This document shows, in pieces, positions 19,183 through 32,539 of a DNA stretch of 64,000 bases. This DNA is from Candidatus Eiseniibacteriota bacterium (lineage in GTDB: Bacteria > Eisenbacteria > RBG-16-71-46). The translations under genes and the position numbers were made by a program. The stretch spans positions 832,001 to 896,000 of the forward strand of contig OY970178.1 in assembly GCA_963707915.1 (NCBI GenBank). The letters run 5' to 3'. The stretch's first letter is position 1. Every line of letters begins with the position of its first letter. The notes under the pieces are model-generated. The model was not told the origin of the DNA and made no database searches. It saw only the letters and a list, made by a program, of their open reading frames with translations.

Positions 19183-21066
19183 GCCGGCCTCCCCCGCGAC
19201 CCGGCCGCCGCGCCGACGGCGGGCGCGCCGCGCGTCCCGGCAGGTCCCGTCGCCGGCCGGCCGCGCAGCCGCGCGGCCACGCGCTCCGCCAGCGCAGGCG
19301 GGACGTGCGCCTGCCGCGCGATCTCCTCCGGCCCCGCTCCGGCCAGCGCCGCGACCGAGCCGAAGGCCTTGAGCAACGCCGCCCGGCGTGCCGGCCCCAC
19401 GCCCGGCACGTCGTCCAGCGCGCTGGTGAGCCGGGCGCGCCCGCGGAGCTTGCGGTGGTAGGCGAGCCCGAAGCGGTGGGCCTCGTCGCGCAGCCGCTGG
19501 AGCGCGCGCAATGCGGGGCTGCGCCGCGGCAATGTCAGTGGCGCGCCCGACTCGCGCACCACGGTCTCCTCGCGCTTGGCGAGCCCGATCAGCGGCACCG
19601 GCCGGGTCGCCACCCGGTCGAGCGCGGCGCGCGCCGCGCGGACCTGGCCCTCGCCGCCGTCCACCATCACCAGGTCGGGTCGCGGCTCCTCCCCCGACTC
19701 GACCCGCGTCCAGTAGCGCTCGACCCCCTCGGCGATCATGGCGAAATCGTCGGGGCCCGGCCGGCGGACGCGCATGCGCCGGTAGAGCCCGGTGCGGGCC
19801 CGCCCGTTCTCCGACGCCACGACCGCGGCCACCGCGCCCTCGTCCCCGAGGTTCGAGATATCGAAGCACACCATCCGCCACGGCGGCTCGGCGAGCGCCA
19901 GCGCCTTCTGCAGCTCCAGCAGCTCGGGTGAGAAGCGCGCGCGCCGCCCGGCCGCGCGCGCCGCCCGGTCCTCGAGCGCGTGCGCCGCGTTGCGCTCCGC
20001 CGAGCGGAGCAGGGCGAGCGCGCGGCCGCGGTGCGGCACCCGCAAGTCGACCCGGTGGCCGGCGCGGGCGCCGACCGCCTCGAGCGTCACCTCCGCGTCG
20101 GCCGGAAGGACGGCCACGACGATCCGCGCCGGCACGGCCGCGCCCGCGAGGTAGTGCTGCGCCAGGAACTGCTGCAGGAGCTCCTCGTCCCCGAGGGTGT
20201 CCGCGCGGTCCAGCACGCGCGTCTCCTTGCCCACCACGCGCCCCCCGCGCAGCAGCAGCGCCGCGACCGCCGCGTGGCGGCCGTGGCGCGCGAGCCCCAG
20301 CACGTCGGTGTCGCGTCCGGTCGGGCTCACCACCCGCTGCGGCACGCGCGCCCGCTCGAGCAGTGGCGATCTGGTCGCGCAGCCGTGCGGCCTCCTCGTA
20401 GCGGCGGTCCCCGGAGGCATCTCCCATGCGCTCGCGCAGCGCGTGGAGCAACTCGACGTCGCGTCCGGTGAGGAAGAGCAGCAGCCCGTCGACGATGGCG
20501 CGATACGACTCCGGGGTCACGCCCGAACGCGTCGTGCACGGCCCCGCGCAGCGCCGGATGTGGTAGTAGAGGCAGGGCCGGTTCGCGCGGCGGTACTCCT
20601 CGAAGTTGCGGCAGGTCCGCACCGGGAAGATGCGCCGCACCTCGCGCAGCGTGCGGCGCAGGTGCTTGACATCGGTGTACGGTCCGAGATAGCGCGCCCC
20701 GTCGCCACGCACCTGGCGGGTGACCGACAGGCGCGGGTATTCCTCCTGCACGCTCAGCCGGACGTAGGGGAACGACTTGTCGTCCTTCAGGAGCACGTTG
20801 TAGTGCGGGCGGTGCTGCCGCACCAGGGTCGCTTCGAGCAGCAGGGCCTCGGCCTCGGTGTCGGTGAGGATGCTGTCCAGGTCCACCGCCTCGGCCATCA
20901 ACTCGCGCAGGCGGGGGTGCGAGTTCTCACCGTTGAGGTAGGAGCGGACCCGGGAGGACAGGCTCTTGGCCTTGCCGACGTACAGCACCCCGCCCTGGGG
21001 GTCCTTGAAGAGGTAAACCCCCGGCAGAGCGGGCAGATTCTTCACTTTGTCGCTCAGAGCGCTCAA
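19179..21066 (-). CDS. uvrC: Excinuclease ABC subunit C; split by a +1 frameshift near 20363 (probable sequencing error)
   Basis: GIY-YIG (PGVYLF, YVGKAK) and UVR motif EEAARLRDQI in one frame; CFDISN, PDLVMVDGG, LRDEAHRF and HhH in the next frame. Confidence 0.93.
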
Positions 21067-21178
21067 AAGGCCTCCCCAGGGACCACGGAGGGTCGCTCGA
21101 AGAAGACACGGTACACCTGCCGCCGCCACCCTCAAAGCGCCTTCTTCGCTCCGACCGCCTCCGCCGGCCCGCCCCCGC

Positions 21179-21208
21179 TTGACACCCTCCGCACCCCGGC
21201 CGTAACGT
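21179..21208 (+). promoter_or_regulatory. Putative sigma-70 promoter of rpsT
   Basis: TTGACA-N18-TAACGT. Confidence 0.55.
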
Positions 21209-21251
21209 ACTCGCCTCTTTTCCTTTGCAAGCCGTCCCCAAGGAGGAACGA

Positions 21252-21509
21252 ATGCCGCATCACAAGTCCGCGGCCAAGCGCGTCAAGACCAACGAGAAGG
21301 CCCGCGTGAGCAACATCGCGGTCAAGAGCCGCATGCGGTCCGCCGTCAAGGCCGTGCGCTCCGCCACGAAGAGGGCCGAGGCCGAGACCGCCCTGAAGGC
21401 GGCCATCTCGATCCTCGACCGCACCGCCGCCAAGGGCGTCATCAAGAAGGAGACGGCCAGCCGCCAGAAGTCGCGCCTGGCGTCGTTCGCGGCCAAGCTG
21501 CCGGCCTGA
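21252..21509 (+). CDS. rpsT: 30S ribosomal protein S20
   Basis: MPHHKSAAKRVK...KSRMRSAVK...LDRTAAKGVIKKETASRQKSRL; SD AGGAGG. Confidence 0.97.
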   Translation: MPHHKSAAKRVKTNEKARVSNIAVKSRMRSAVKAVRSATKRAEAETALKAAISILDRTAAKGVIKKETASRQKSRLASFAAKLPA

Positions 21510-21642
21510 ACCCGGTGCGCCGGGGCCGCGGCAACGTGGCCAGCCACCGCACCGAGCTCTTCCTCCGGCCGCCGGCGTCACCCGCCAGGCGGCCGGTTCG
21601 TTCGACGCCGCGCCGCCCGCGGCGCCCCGCCGGGCGGGCCGC

Positions 21643-22422
21643 TCAGCCCGGTCCGCTCCCCGCGTCCAGCACGTCCTCGAGGGTGTAGAGCCCCGGAGCC
21701 GCGCCCGCCGCGAAGCGCGCGGCGGCCAGCGCCCCGTGCGCGAACGCCACGCGGTCCTGCGCGACGTGCCTCAGCTCGAGCCACTCCCCCTCGCCGGCCA
21801 GCAGGACCGCGTGGTCGCCGACCCAGGAGCCGCCGCGCACCGAGTGCACGCCGATCTCTCCCGCCGGGCGCGGGCCCGTCCGCCCCGGCCCACGGCCGAA
21901 ACGCGGGGCCCCGCCCTCCGCACCGCGGCACGCGGCCGCGTCCGCCGCGAGCGCGAGCGCCGTGCCCGAGGGGCTGTCCAGCTTGAGCCGATGGTGCCGC
22001 TCGACGATCTCGACGTCCCAGCCGGGCGGCAGCGCCGCCAGCGCCGTCCGGAGCGCGCGGCGCAACACGGTCACGCCGAGGCTGAAGTTGGCCCCGCGCA
22101 CCACCGCGACGCGCTGCGCGGCCGAGCGCACCGCCGCCTCCTGCGCGGGGTCGAGCCCGGTGGTGCCCGAGACCAGGGCCGCCCCGCGGCCCGCGCACAG
22201 CGCGGCCAGCCCCGCGCAGGCGGCCGAGTCGGTGAACTCGACCACCACGTCGCCGTCGCCGATCACCGCGGCGGCGTCGGCGCTCCATCCGGCCGCACCC
22301 GCGGGGTGGCCGGTCGCGAGGTCCACGCGCGCCTGGATGACGAAGCCCGAGCTTCCCGCCACCGCCTCCTCGACCGCGCGTCCCATGCGCCCGGCGGCCC
22401 CCGCCAGCACCAGCCGGATCAT
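21643..22422 (-). CDS. dapB: 4-hydroxy-tetrahydrodipicolinate reductase
   Basis: GAAGRMG, VSGTTG, ANFSLGV, ERHHRLKLDSPSGTA. Confidence 0.95.
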   Translation of the reverse strand: MIRLVLAGAAGRMGRAVEEAVAGSSGFVIQARVDLATGHPAGAAGWSADAAAVIGDGDVVVEFTDSAACAGLAALCAGRGAALVSGTTGLDPAQEAAVRSAAQRVAVVRGANFSLGVTVLRRALRTALAALPPGWDVEIVERHHRLKLDSPSGTALALAADAAACRGAEGGAPRFGRGPGRTGPRPAGEIGVHSVRGGSWVGDHAVLLAGEGEWLELRHVAQDRVAFAHGALAAARFAAGAAPGLYTLEDVLDAGSGPG

Positions 22423-23312
22423 GGCTGCCGCCCCTGCGCCGGGGCGAGCGGGACGCCGGCCGACCCCGCGGCCGCCAGGATCGCCGCCTCGCTCGCGGGC
22501 TCGACCGGTACGAGCGGCAGCCGCAGTTCGTTCGCGATCAGCCCCATGGCGGCCAGCAGGAACTTCACCGGGCCGGGGTTCGACTCGATGAACAACGCGC
22601 GGAACAGCGGCAGCAGCCGGCGGTGGATCGCCTCGGCCTCCCGCACCCGCCCGGCACGGGCGTGGTCGCACAGCGCCCGCATCTCGCGCGGCGCCGCGTT
22701 CCCGACCACCGAGACCACCCCGGCGGCCCCGACCGCGGCCATCGGCAGGGTGAGGGAGTCGTCGCCGCAGAGCAGGGTCAGGTCGGTCCGCGCGCGCACC
22801 TCGCTCGCCTGGTCGAGCGAGCCCGAGGCCTCCTTGACCGCCACGACGTTGGGCAGGCCCTGCAGCTGCGCCAGCGTGGCCGGCAGCGTGTTCGTCCCGG
22901 TCCGGCCGGGGACGTTGTAGAGCACGAGCGGGAGCCGCGTGCTGCGCGCCACCGCCGTGAAGTGCGCGACCTGGCCCCGCGGCGTGGGCTTGTTGTAGTA
23001 CGGGGTCACGATCATCGCCCCGTCGAGCCCGCACTCCTCGGCGACCCGGGTGAGCGCGATCGTATCGGCGGTCGAGTTGGTGCCGGTGCCCGCCACCACC
23101 GGGATCCGCCCGCGCACGCGTTCCTTGGCGAAGCGCCACAGCTCGCGGCGTTCCTCCACCGTGCAGGTCGCCGCTTCCCCCGTCGAGCCCGAGACCACCA
23201 GGCACTCGGCGCCGCCGTCGAGCAGGAAATCCAGGAGCCGCGCGGTCGCGTCCCGGTCCACCGCGCCGTCCCGGAACGGCGTCACCATCGCCACCGTGAG
23301 TCCTTCGAACAT
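22419..23312 (-). CDS. dapA: 4-hydroxy-tetrahydrodipicolinate synthase
   Basis: VTPF, GSTGE, PYYNKP, YNVPGRTG, VKEAS, NPGPVK. Confidence 0.96.
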   Translation of the reverse strand: MFEGLTVAMVTPFRDGAVDRDATARLLDFLLDGGAECLVVSGSTGEAATCTVEERRELWRFAKERVRGRIPVVAGTGTNSTADTIALTRVAEECGLDGAMIVTPYYNKPTPRGQVAHFTAVARSTRLPLVLYNVPGRTGTNTLPATLAQLQGLPNVVAVKEASGSLDQASEVRARTDLTLLCGDDSLTLPMAAVGAAGVVSVVGNAAPREMRALCDHARAGRVREAEAIHRRLLPLFRALFIESNPGPVKFLLAAMGLIANELRLPLVPVEPASEAAILAAAGSAGVPLAPAQGRQP

Positions 23313-23356
23313 GATGACCTCCGAAACCCGGCCGGCCGGCACGCCGCGGGCCGTCG

Positions 23357-24184
23357 CTAGGGCTGCTCCCACGTCCCGGTGAACGCCACCTCGGCGGGGC
23401 CGGTGAGCCACACGTCGTGCCCCTCCTCGACCACCTCGAACGATACCACCAGCACGTCGCCGCCCGCGGTGCGGACCTCGACCGGGGAACCCGCGCCCTC
23501 GCCCGCCGCCCACAATGCCGAGGCGATCGCCCCGCTGCCGCAGGCCAACGTCTCGGCCTCGACGCCCCGCTCGTAGGTGCGCATGGCGAGGCGGGCCGGG
23601 CCGCCGGCCGCGGCGGCCGTCCGCGCGACGAAGTCCACGTTGGTGCCCGCGGGGGCGAATCGAACGTGCCGCCGCAGCTCCGCGCCCCATTCCGCGACCG
23701 GTACCGGCGCCAGCTGCGCGACCTCGGTGACGAAATGGGGAACACCGACGACGAATCGTCGGCCCGTGAACGTCCGCGCGGCGGCCGCGATCGTCTCGGG
23801 CCCGCCGGGGGCGGCCACCCGACCGAAGTGCAGCTCGATCGCCCCGTCCGCCGTGCGCCGGGCGTCCTGCACGCCGGCCCCGCTGCGGAAGCGCACGACC
23901 CCGCCGCGGCCCAGCCCGCGTTCCAGCGCGAAGCGCGCCAGGCAGCGCGCGCCGTTGCCGCAGAACTCGGCCCGCCCGCCGTCCGCGTTGTGGTAGCGCA
24001 TCGCGAAATCCAGCTCCGGGTCGCGCTCGAGCAGGAGCGCGCCGTCCGCGCCCACGCCCCGCCGCCGATCGCACAGGCGGCGCAACAGCGGGTCGGCCGG
24101 TTCGGGCAGGAACGGCTCGCGGTGGTCGACGACCACGAAGTCGTTGCCCGCACCGTGCATCTTCACGAACGGGATCACGGTCAC
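23357..24184 (-). CDS. dapF: Diaminopimelate epimerase
   Basis: KMHGAGNDF, GADG, CGNGARC, ERGVEAETLACGSG. Confidence 0.96.
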   Translation of the reverse strand: MTVIPFVKMHGAGNDFVVVDHREPFLPEPADPLLRRLCDRRRGVGADGALLLERDPELDFAMRYHNADGGRAEFCGNGARCLARFALERGLGRGGVVRFRSGAGVQDARRTADGAIELHFGRVAAPGGPETIAAAARTFTGRRFVVGVPHFVTEVAQLAPVPVAEWGAELRRHVRFAPAGTNVDFVARTAAAAGGPARLAMRTYERGVEAETLACGSGAIASALWAAGEGAGSPVEVRTAGGDVLVVSFEVVEEGHDVWLTGPAEVAFTGTWEQP

Positions 24185-25221
24185 GGGCCGGCCACCCCCC
24201 AGCGCCGGAGCACCAGGCGCACGTCGGCGATCGCCTGCGCCGGCGCCAGCGCGTAGTGCTCCAGTTCGCTCGCCGGCTCGGCGTCCATGCGCCAGGCCCG
24301 GTTGCCGTCCGCGTCGCGCCACGCGCGCACCTGCCACTTCCCGGCCGCCAGCTTGAGGTCGAACGTCCCCCCCTCCCCGGCCTCCACCAGCACCCGTCGC
24401 GTGGTGTCCTCCTCGGCGACGGCGATCACGCGCAGCGTGCCGAGGGAGTCCCCGGTCGGGTCCGTCACGATCCCGCGCACGTGCGCCGGGGCCCGCGGGT
24501 CCGCGACGTCCAGCGCCAGGCCCCGTACGACCGGCTGGGCGACCGTCAGCTCGATGGTCGTGTCCGCCGGCGCGAGCACGTCGCGGTCGGGCTCGAACGA
24601 GCGGTTGCGGTTGAGGTCGGCGAAGGCCCACAGCCGGTAGCTCCCCGGGACCGGCAGGCCGGGGATGCGGAAGCGACCCTGCTCGTCGGCGAGCCCCAGG
24701 GCGTCGAAGTCGCTCGCCGTCGAGTCCGGCGCGCGGCCGGCGCTGTAGCACCACAGGTAGGTGCCCGCGACGTCGAAGCCGCGTGCCTCGATCTTCCCCT
24801 CCAGCACGCCGGGCGGGAAGCTGTCGGCGGTGCTGAAGACCACGGTGAAGCCCGAGGTCATCGAGTTCCCGTGCCGGTCGCGCGCGGACGGCCCCACGAA
24901 CAGCGTGTAGGTCTGGTTCGCGCGCATCGAGTCCTCCAGCACCAGCGTGAGCTCCCGGCCGCTCCAGCGCCGCTGGCGGATGCCCAGCCGCGGCGCGAGC
25001 GAGACGGCATCGCCCGTGGCGCGCGGCTCCATGCCCTCGCTGAACGTCACCGAGAGGCGCGCGTCCAGCGGCACGCGCGCCTGCCCGGAGTCCGGCGAGC
25101 AGGACACCACGGTCGGCGGCACCAGGTCCGGCGGGCCCCCCGAGGGCGCGCCCTTGCGCGCGCAGCCCGCCAGGACGAGCAGCAGCGCGGCGGCGCCCGC
25201 GGTGCGGACCGCGCGGATCAC
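24181..25221 (-). CDS. Ig-like domain lipoprotein (Big_5 type)
   Basis: Lipobox LAG-C followed by ARKGAPSGGPPD..PP; TFSE Ig-like strand; GTGA overlaps at both ends. Confidence 0.75.
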   Translation of the reverse strand: MIRAVRTAGAAALLLVLAGCARKGAPSGGPPDLVPPTVVSCSPDSGQARVPLDARLSVTFSEGMEPRATGDAVSLAPRLGIRQRRWSGRELTLVLEDSMRANQTYTLFVGPSARDRHGNSMTSGFTVVFSTADSFPPGVLEGKIEARGFDVAGTYLWCYSAGRAPDSTASDFDALGLADEQGRFRIPGLPVPGSYRLWAFADLNRNRSFEPDRDVLAPADTTIELTVAQPVVRGLALDVADPRAPAHVRGIVTDPTGDSLGTLRVIAVAEEDTTRRVLVEAGEGGTFDLKLAAGKWQVRAWRDADGNRAWRMDAEPASELEHYALAPAQAIADVRLVLRRWGVAGP

Positions 25222-26105
25222 CGCGCCCTCGGATGCGCCTGCTCGTAGGCCTGCAGGAGCCGGCTCCGCGAGACGTGCGTGTAGACCTGGGTCGTGGCCA
25301 GCGAGCGGTGTCCCAGCATCTCCTGGATCGCCCGCAGGTCGGCCCCCCGGTCCAGCATGTGGGTGGCGAACGAGTGGCGCAGCGCGTGCGGCGTCACCCC
25401 GAGCCCGCGCGCCACGTCCACCAGCCGGCGCCGCACGACGCGCTGCACCGTGCGGCCCGAGAGCCGCAGCCCCGATGGACCGGTGAAGACCGGCTCGTCG
25501 CCGCGCACCGACCGCGGCCGCGCGGCGAGGTACTCCTCGAGGGCGCGCAGCGCGCCGTCGCCCACCGGCACGATCCGCTCGCGCCGGCCCTTGCCCCGCA
25601 CGCGCACCAGCCCCGCGCCGCGGTCCACGTCGCCACGGTTGAGCCCCACCAGCTCCGACAGCCGCAGCCCCGAGGAATACGCCAGCTCCAGCAGGGCGCG
25701 ATCGCGCGGCGCCACCCGGTCGTCGGCCGCGGCCAGCCGGTCGAGCGCCTGCTCCAGGTCGACCGCCGGGAGCGTGCGCGGCAGCCGCTTCGGCCGGCGC
25801 GGGAAGGGGATCGCCCGCGCCGGGTCCAGCGCGATCACGCCGCGCCGCAGGCAGAAACGCGAGAAGCTGCGCCAGGCGGCCAGCGCGCGGGCCGCGCTCG
25901 AAGCCGAGTGGTGGGCGAGATGGAGCCCGTGCAGCGCGTGCTCGAGCAGCTCCCGCGTCCACCTGGCGGGCGGCACCGGGCCTCCCGCGCCGGCGGCGAG
26001 GTCCAGCACCCGCGCGACGTCGCGCCGGTACGCCGCCAGGGTGTGGGGAGAGGCGCGGCGCTGCGCGCCCAGCTCGCTCAGGAACGCTTCGAGCGCGTCA
26101 CGCAC
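25218..26105 (-). CDS. xerC: Tyrosine recombinase XerC
   Basis: SPHTLAAYRRD, RDRALLELAYSSGLRLSEL, GKG, HALRHSFATH, TTQVYTH, HPRA; follows topA. Confidence 0.9.
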   Translation of the reverse strand: MRDALEAFLSELGAQRRASPHTLAAYRRDVARVLDLAAGAGGPVPPARWTRELLEHALHGLHLAHHSASSAARALAAWRSFSRFCLRRGVIALDPARAIPFPRRPKRLPRTLPAVDLEQALDRLAAADDRVAPRDRALLELAYSSGLRLSELVGLNRGDVDRGAGLVRVRGKGRRERIVPVGDGALRALEEYLAARPRSVRGDEPVFTGPSGLRLSGRTVQRVVRRRLVDVARGLGVTPHALRHSFATHMLDRGADLRAIQEMLGHRSLATTQVYTHVSRSRLLQAYEQAHPRAR

Positions 26106-28548
26106 CGACGGGTTCCGGCTCGCTCGCGTAGAGGCAGCCGGGCTTCACGCAGCGCAACGTGCGCCCCTTGCGCGAGAGCTTCTCGGTCAGGAAGGGGGTG
26201 CCGCACTTCGGGCAGGGCCCGGCGACCGGCTTGTCCCAGAACGCGAATCGGCACTTCGGGAAGCGATTGCAGCTGTAGAACACCTTGCCGCGCTTGCTGC
26301 GCCGCTCGGCGATCTCGCCTTCGCCGCACTCGGGGCACGGGATGCCCAGCGTGGGCTTGCGGGTGTAGTCGCACTCCGGCCGGCGGACACAGGAGATGTA
26401 GCGGCCGAACGGCCCCGTGCGCTCCACCAGGCCCGCGCCGCACTGCGGGCAGGTCCCCGCCACCGGCACCGGCGGCTCGGGCGGCTCGAGCGGCTCGGTG
26501 TACTTGCACTTGGGGTAGCCCGAGCAGGCGCGGTAGGCGCCGCGCCGGTTGAAGCGCATGCGCAGCGGCTTGCCGCACTCGGGGCAGGACTTGTCGGTGA
26601 GCTCGCCGCCGGTCGACGGCGCCTTGCCCGAGCGTTCGAGGTCGAGCACCAGGGGCTCCCAGACGTCGCGCACCACCTGGTGCCACTCCTGGCGGCCCTC
26701 CTCGACCTCGTCGAGCTCGTCCTCCATTCGCGAGGTGAACGCCACGCTGAAGATGTCCGGGAAGCTCTCCACCAGCGCGCGGTTCACCGCCATGCCGAGG
26801 TCGCTCGGCACCAGCCGGCCCTTCTCGCGCGCCACGTACTCGCGCGAGGTGATGGTGCCGACGATCGTGGCGTAGGTGCTCGGCCGGCCGATGTCCTCCT
26901 CCTCGAGCGCCTTCACCAGCGAGGCCTCGCTGTAGCGCGGCGGCGGCTGCGTGAAGTGCTGCTCGGGCCGCACCGGCACGGCGTCGGCGCGGATCGCCTC
27001 GCGCGCGACCGCGAGGTCGAGCCCGGCCGAGAGCTCGGGCAGGCTCGAGCCGTTCTCCTCGTCCTCCTCGTCGAGCCCGTAGAGCTTCTGGAAGCCCGCG
27101 AACTTGAGCACCCGCCCGGTGGCCCGGAGCCCCAGCCGCCCGGAGACGATCTCGGCGGTCGTCGCCAGGTACTCGGCGGAGGCGGCCTGCGAGGCCACCG
27201 CCCGCTTCCAGATCAGGTCGTAGAGCCGGTACTGCTCCTCGCTCAGCTCGCCGCGCAACGATTCGGGCGTGCGCTCGACCGCGGTCGGGCGGATGGCCTC
27301 GTGCGCGTCCTGGGCGCCCTTCTTGCCGCGGAACTGCCGCGGGCTCCCGGGCACGTAGTCCGGTCCGAGGGCCCGCTTCAGCCACTCGCGCATCTCGCCG
27401 ATCGCCTCGCCCGCGAGGCGCGGCGAGTCGGTGCGCATGTAGGTGATGAGGCCCACGCCCGCCACGCCTTCGTAGAGCTGCTGCGCGATCTTCATGGTGC
27501 GCTGGGCGGTGAACCCCAGCCGGTTGAAGGCGGTCTGCTGGAGCGTGCTGGTGATGAACGGCGCGCGCGGGTGCACCTGGCGCGGCTGGGTCTCGACCGT
27601 CTCGACGCGCGCCGGCGCGCCGGCCAGCTCCACCGCCAGCGCCTGCATCCGCTCGCCCGCGTCGGCCCCGCGCAACTGCTGTTGCTCGAGCTCCTCCTCC
27701 CCCACGCGCACCAGCCGCGCGGTGAAGCGGGCGCCCTCCGGCGTCTGGAAGTCGGCCTCGAGCGTCCAGTACTCCTCGGGCCGGAAGGCGCGGATCTCCG
27801 CCTCGCGCTCGCAGACCAGCCGCAGCGCGACGCTCTGCACCCGCCCGGCGCTCAGGCCGAAGTAGAAGCGCTTCCACAGGAACGGGCTCACCTTGTAGCC
27901 CACCAGCCGGTCGAGCACGCGCCGCGCCTGCTGCGCGTTCACCAGGTTCAGGTCGATGGCGCGCGACTCGTTCAGCGCCTGCTTCACGGCCCGTTCGGTG
28001 ATCTCGTTGAAGGTGAGCCGCTCGACCGTGCCGGTCACCGACTTGAGCGCGTTGGCGAGGTGCCAGGCGATGGCCTCGCCCTCGCGGTCCGGGTCGGGCG
28101 CGAGGTAGATCCGGGTCGCGGCCCGCGCCGCGGAACGGATCTTCGCAAGCACCTTCGCCTTGGAGGGCAGCGGGACATACGTGGGCTCGAAGTCGTTGTC
28201 GACGTCGACGCCGAGGTCGCGCTTCGGCAGGTCCATGATGTGACCGTTCGAGGCCAGCACCGTGAACCCGCGACCCAGGAACTTGGTGAGCGTGCGGCTC
28301 TTGGTCGGGGACTCGACGATGACCAGCGCCCTGCCGGCGCCGCGCGCCTGCCCGCCGTCCGGCTCCGGCGCGGCCACCCGGGTGGCACCGGCCTTCGCCC
28401 GCGGCCGCCGGGCGGCCGGCGCGGCCGGCGCGGCGCTGCGGCTCTTCGCCGCGGAGCGCGGCTTCCTCGCCGGTGCCGCGGCGCTGCCGTCCGCCGCGGC
28501 GGCGGGCCGCTTCGTCACCTTCCTAGTGCGCGACGTCGAGGTCGCCAT
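26098..28548 (-). CDS. topA: DNA topoisomerase I
   Basis: LVIVESPTK, DPDREGEAI, SAGRVQS, LITYMRTDS, IGRPSTY; three C-terminal zinc ribbons. Confidence 0.97.
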   Translation of the reverse strand: MATSTSRTRKVTKRPAAAADGSAAAPARKPRSAAKSRSAAPAAPAARRPRAKAGATRVAAPEPDGGQARGAGRALVIVESPTKSRTLTKFLGRGFTVLASNGHIMDLPKRDLGVDVDNDFEPTYVPLPSKAKVLAKIRSAARAATRIYLAPDPDREGEAIAWHLANALKSVTGTVERLTFNEITERAVKQALNESRAIDLNLVNAQQARRVLDRLVGYKVSPFLWKRFYFGLSAGRVQSVALRLVCEREAEIRAFRPEEYWTLEADFQTPEGARFTARLVRVGEEELEQQQLRGADAGERMQALAVELAGAPARVETVETQPRQVHPRAPFITSTLQQTAFNRLGFTAQRTMKIAQQLYEGVAGVGLITYMRTDSPRLAGEAIGEMREWLKRALGPDYVPGSPRQFRGKKGAQDAHEAIRPTAVERTPESLRGELSEEQYRLYDLIWKRAVASQAASAEYLATTAEIVSGRLGLRATGRVLKFAGFQKLYGLDEEDEENGSSLPELSAGLDLAVAREAIRADAVPVRPEQHFTQPPPRYSEASLVKALEEEDIGRPSTYATIVGTITSREYVAREKGRLVPSDLGMAVNRALVESFPDIFSVAFTSRMEDELDEVEEGRQEWHQVVRDVWEPLVLDLERSGKAPSTGGELTDKSCPECGKPLRMRFNRRGAYRACSGYPKCKYTEPLEPPEPPVPVAGTCPQCGAGLVERTGPFGRYISCVRRPECDYTRKPTLGIPCPECGEGEIAERRSKRGKVFYSCNRFPKCRFAFWDKPVAGPCPKCGTPFLTEKLSRKGRTLRCVKPGCLYASEPEPVGA

Positions 28549-29022
28549 ACGGCATCTCGCTGGAGGTCTCGGAGTCCAGCTCCAGCACCACGCTGGCAGC
28601 CGCCTCTCGGGCCATCGCCAGGCTCACCGGGTGCATGCCGCTGCCCGCGAGCAGGTCCACCACGCGCTCGAACTGCCCCGCGTCCAGCGTGCCGCTGCCC
28701 CGCAGCCCGAGCAGGTAGCCCCACGCGTCGGTGCCGAGCGACTCGCGTTCCTCGGCGCTCAGCACCCGCAGGACCTGCCCCGCGGGCGCGGCGACCTCCG
28801 TCGCGAGCAGGTCGGCGGCCGCCGGGGCGCCGCTCCACGACGTGTACTCGAGCGAACGCAGCACCCATGCCGCCGCGGCCATGTCGTCGGCCGCCAGCGC
28901 GGGATCCTGCAGCGCCGCCACCAGCGCGTCGAGCGCCAGCGCGTCGCCCTCGGCGTGGCGCTCCAGCTGCTCCGCCAGGGTCGCCAGGAGCTGGCGCACC
29001 CGCGCGGTCGGCCGTTCCTCGC

Positions 29023-29026
<4 letters not shown>
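28523..29026 (-). CDS. DUF494/Smg family protein
   Basis: [12 protein letters not shown]...[23 protein letters not shown] is the Smg-like motif; lies upstream of topA. Confidence 0.7.
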
Positions 29027-32051
<3,025 letters not shown>

Positions 32052-32174
32052 GGGCGGGAGAATAGTGGTTCTGTCAAGTGAATGCGAATCGGCGGGCCGG
32101 GACGCGCCGCCCCGGGGACGACTGCGACCCGGTGCCGGTGGCACCGGGTCGCGCGGACTTCGAGCACCGCAGGA

Positions 32175-32378
32175 CTAGATCAGCTTCGTGACGTGAGCGG
32201 CCTCAGCACCCCGTTCGCTGGTCCGAACTTCGAACTCCACCTGCTCGCCGACCTGGAGCGTCCGAAATCCGTGCCCCTCGATGGAGGAGTGATGAACGAA
32301 GACTTCCGCTTCACCTTCCGCCGCGATGAAACCATAACCCTTGTGGTCGCTGAACCATTTGACGGTACCACGCGCCAT
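32175..32378 (-). CDS. Cold-shock protein (CspA family)
   Basis: GTVKWF, KGYGFI, VFVHHS; SD GAGGAG. Confidence 0.95.
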   Translation of the reverse strand: MARGTVKWFSDHKGYGFIAAEGEAEVFVHHSSIEGHGFRTLQVGEQVEFEVRTSERGAEAAHVTKLI

Positions 32379-32539
32379 GGGTGGTGCTCCTCTCTCGTGG
32401 GAGAGTCCTGCCCCGGCTCGAAGGCCATGCATAGATTGGACGCGGGCGGGCGGCCCGTCAAGGGTCATCGCGCCTTGGAACGGAGCGCCCGTGCGCGCCC
32501 CGGTGCTCCGGCGCGCAGGAACCGCGGGCACCGGACGCG

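Noticed and set aside
18220..26105. Tyrosine recombinases as prophage or island integrases
   Set aside because: XerC/XerD-type size, HPRA termini, housekeeping context and a nearby dif; no att repeats or cargo genes.
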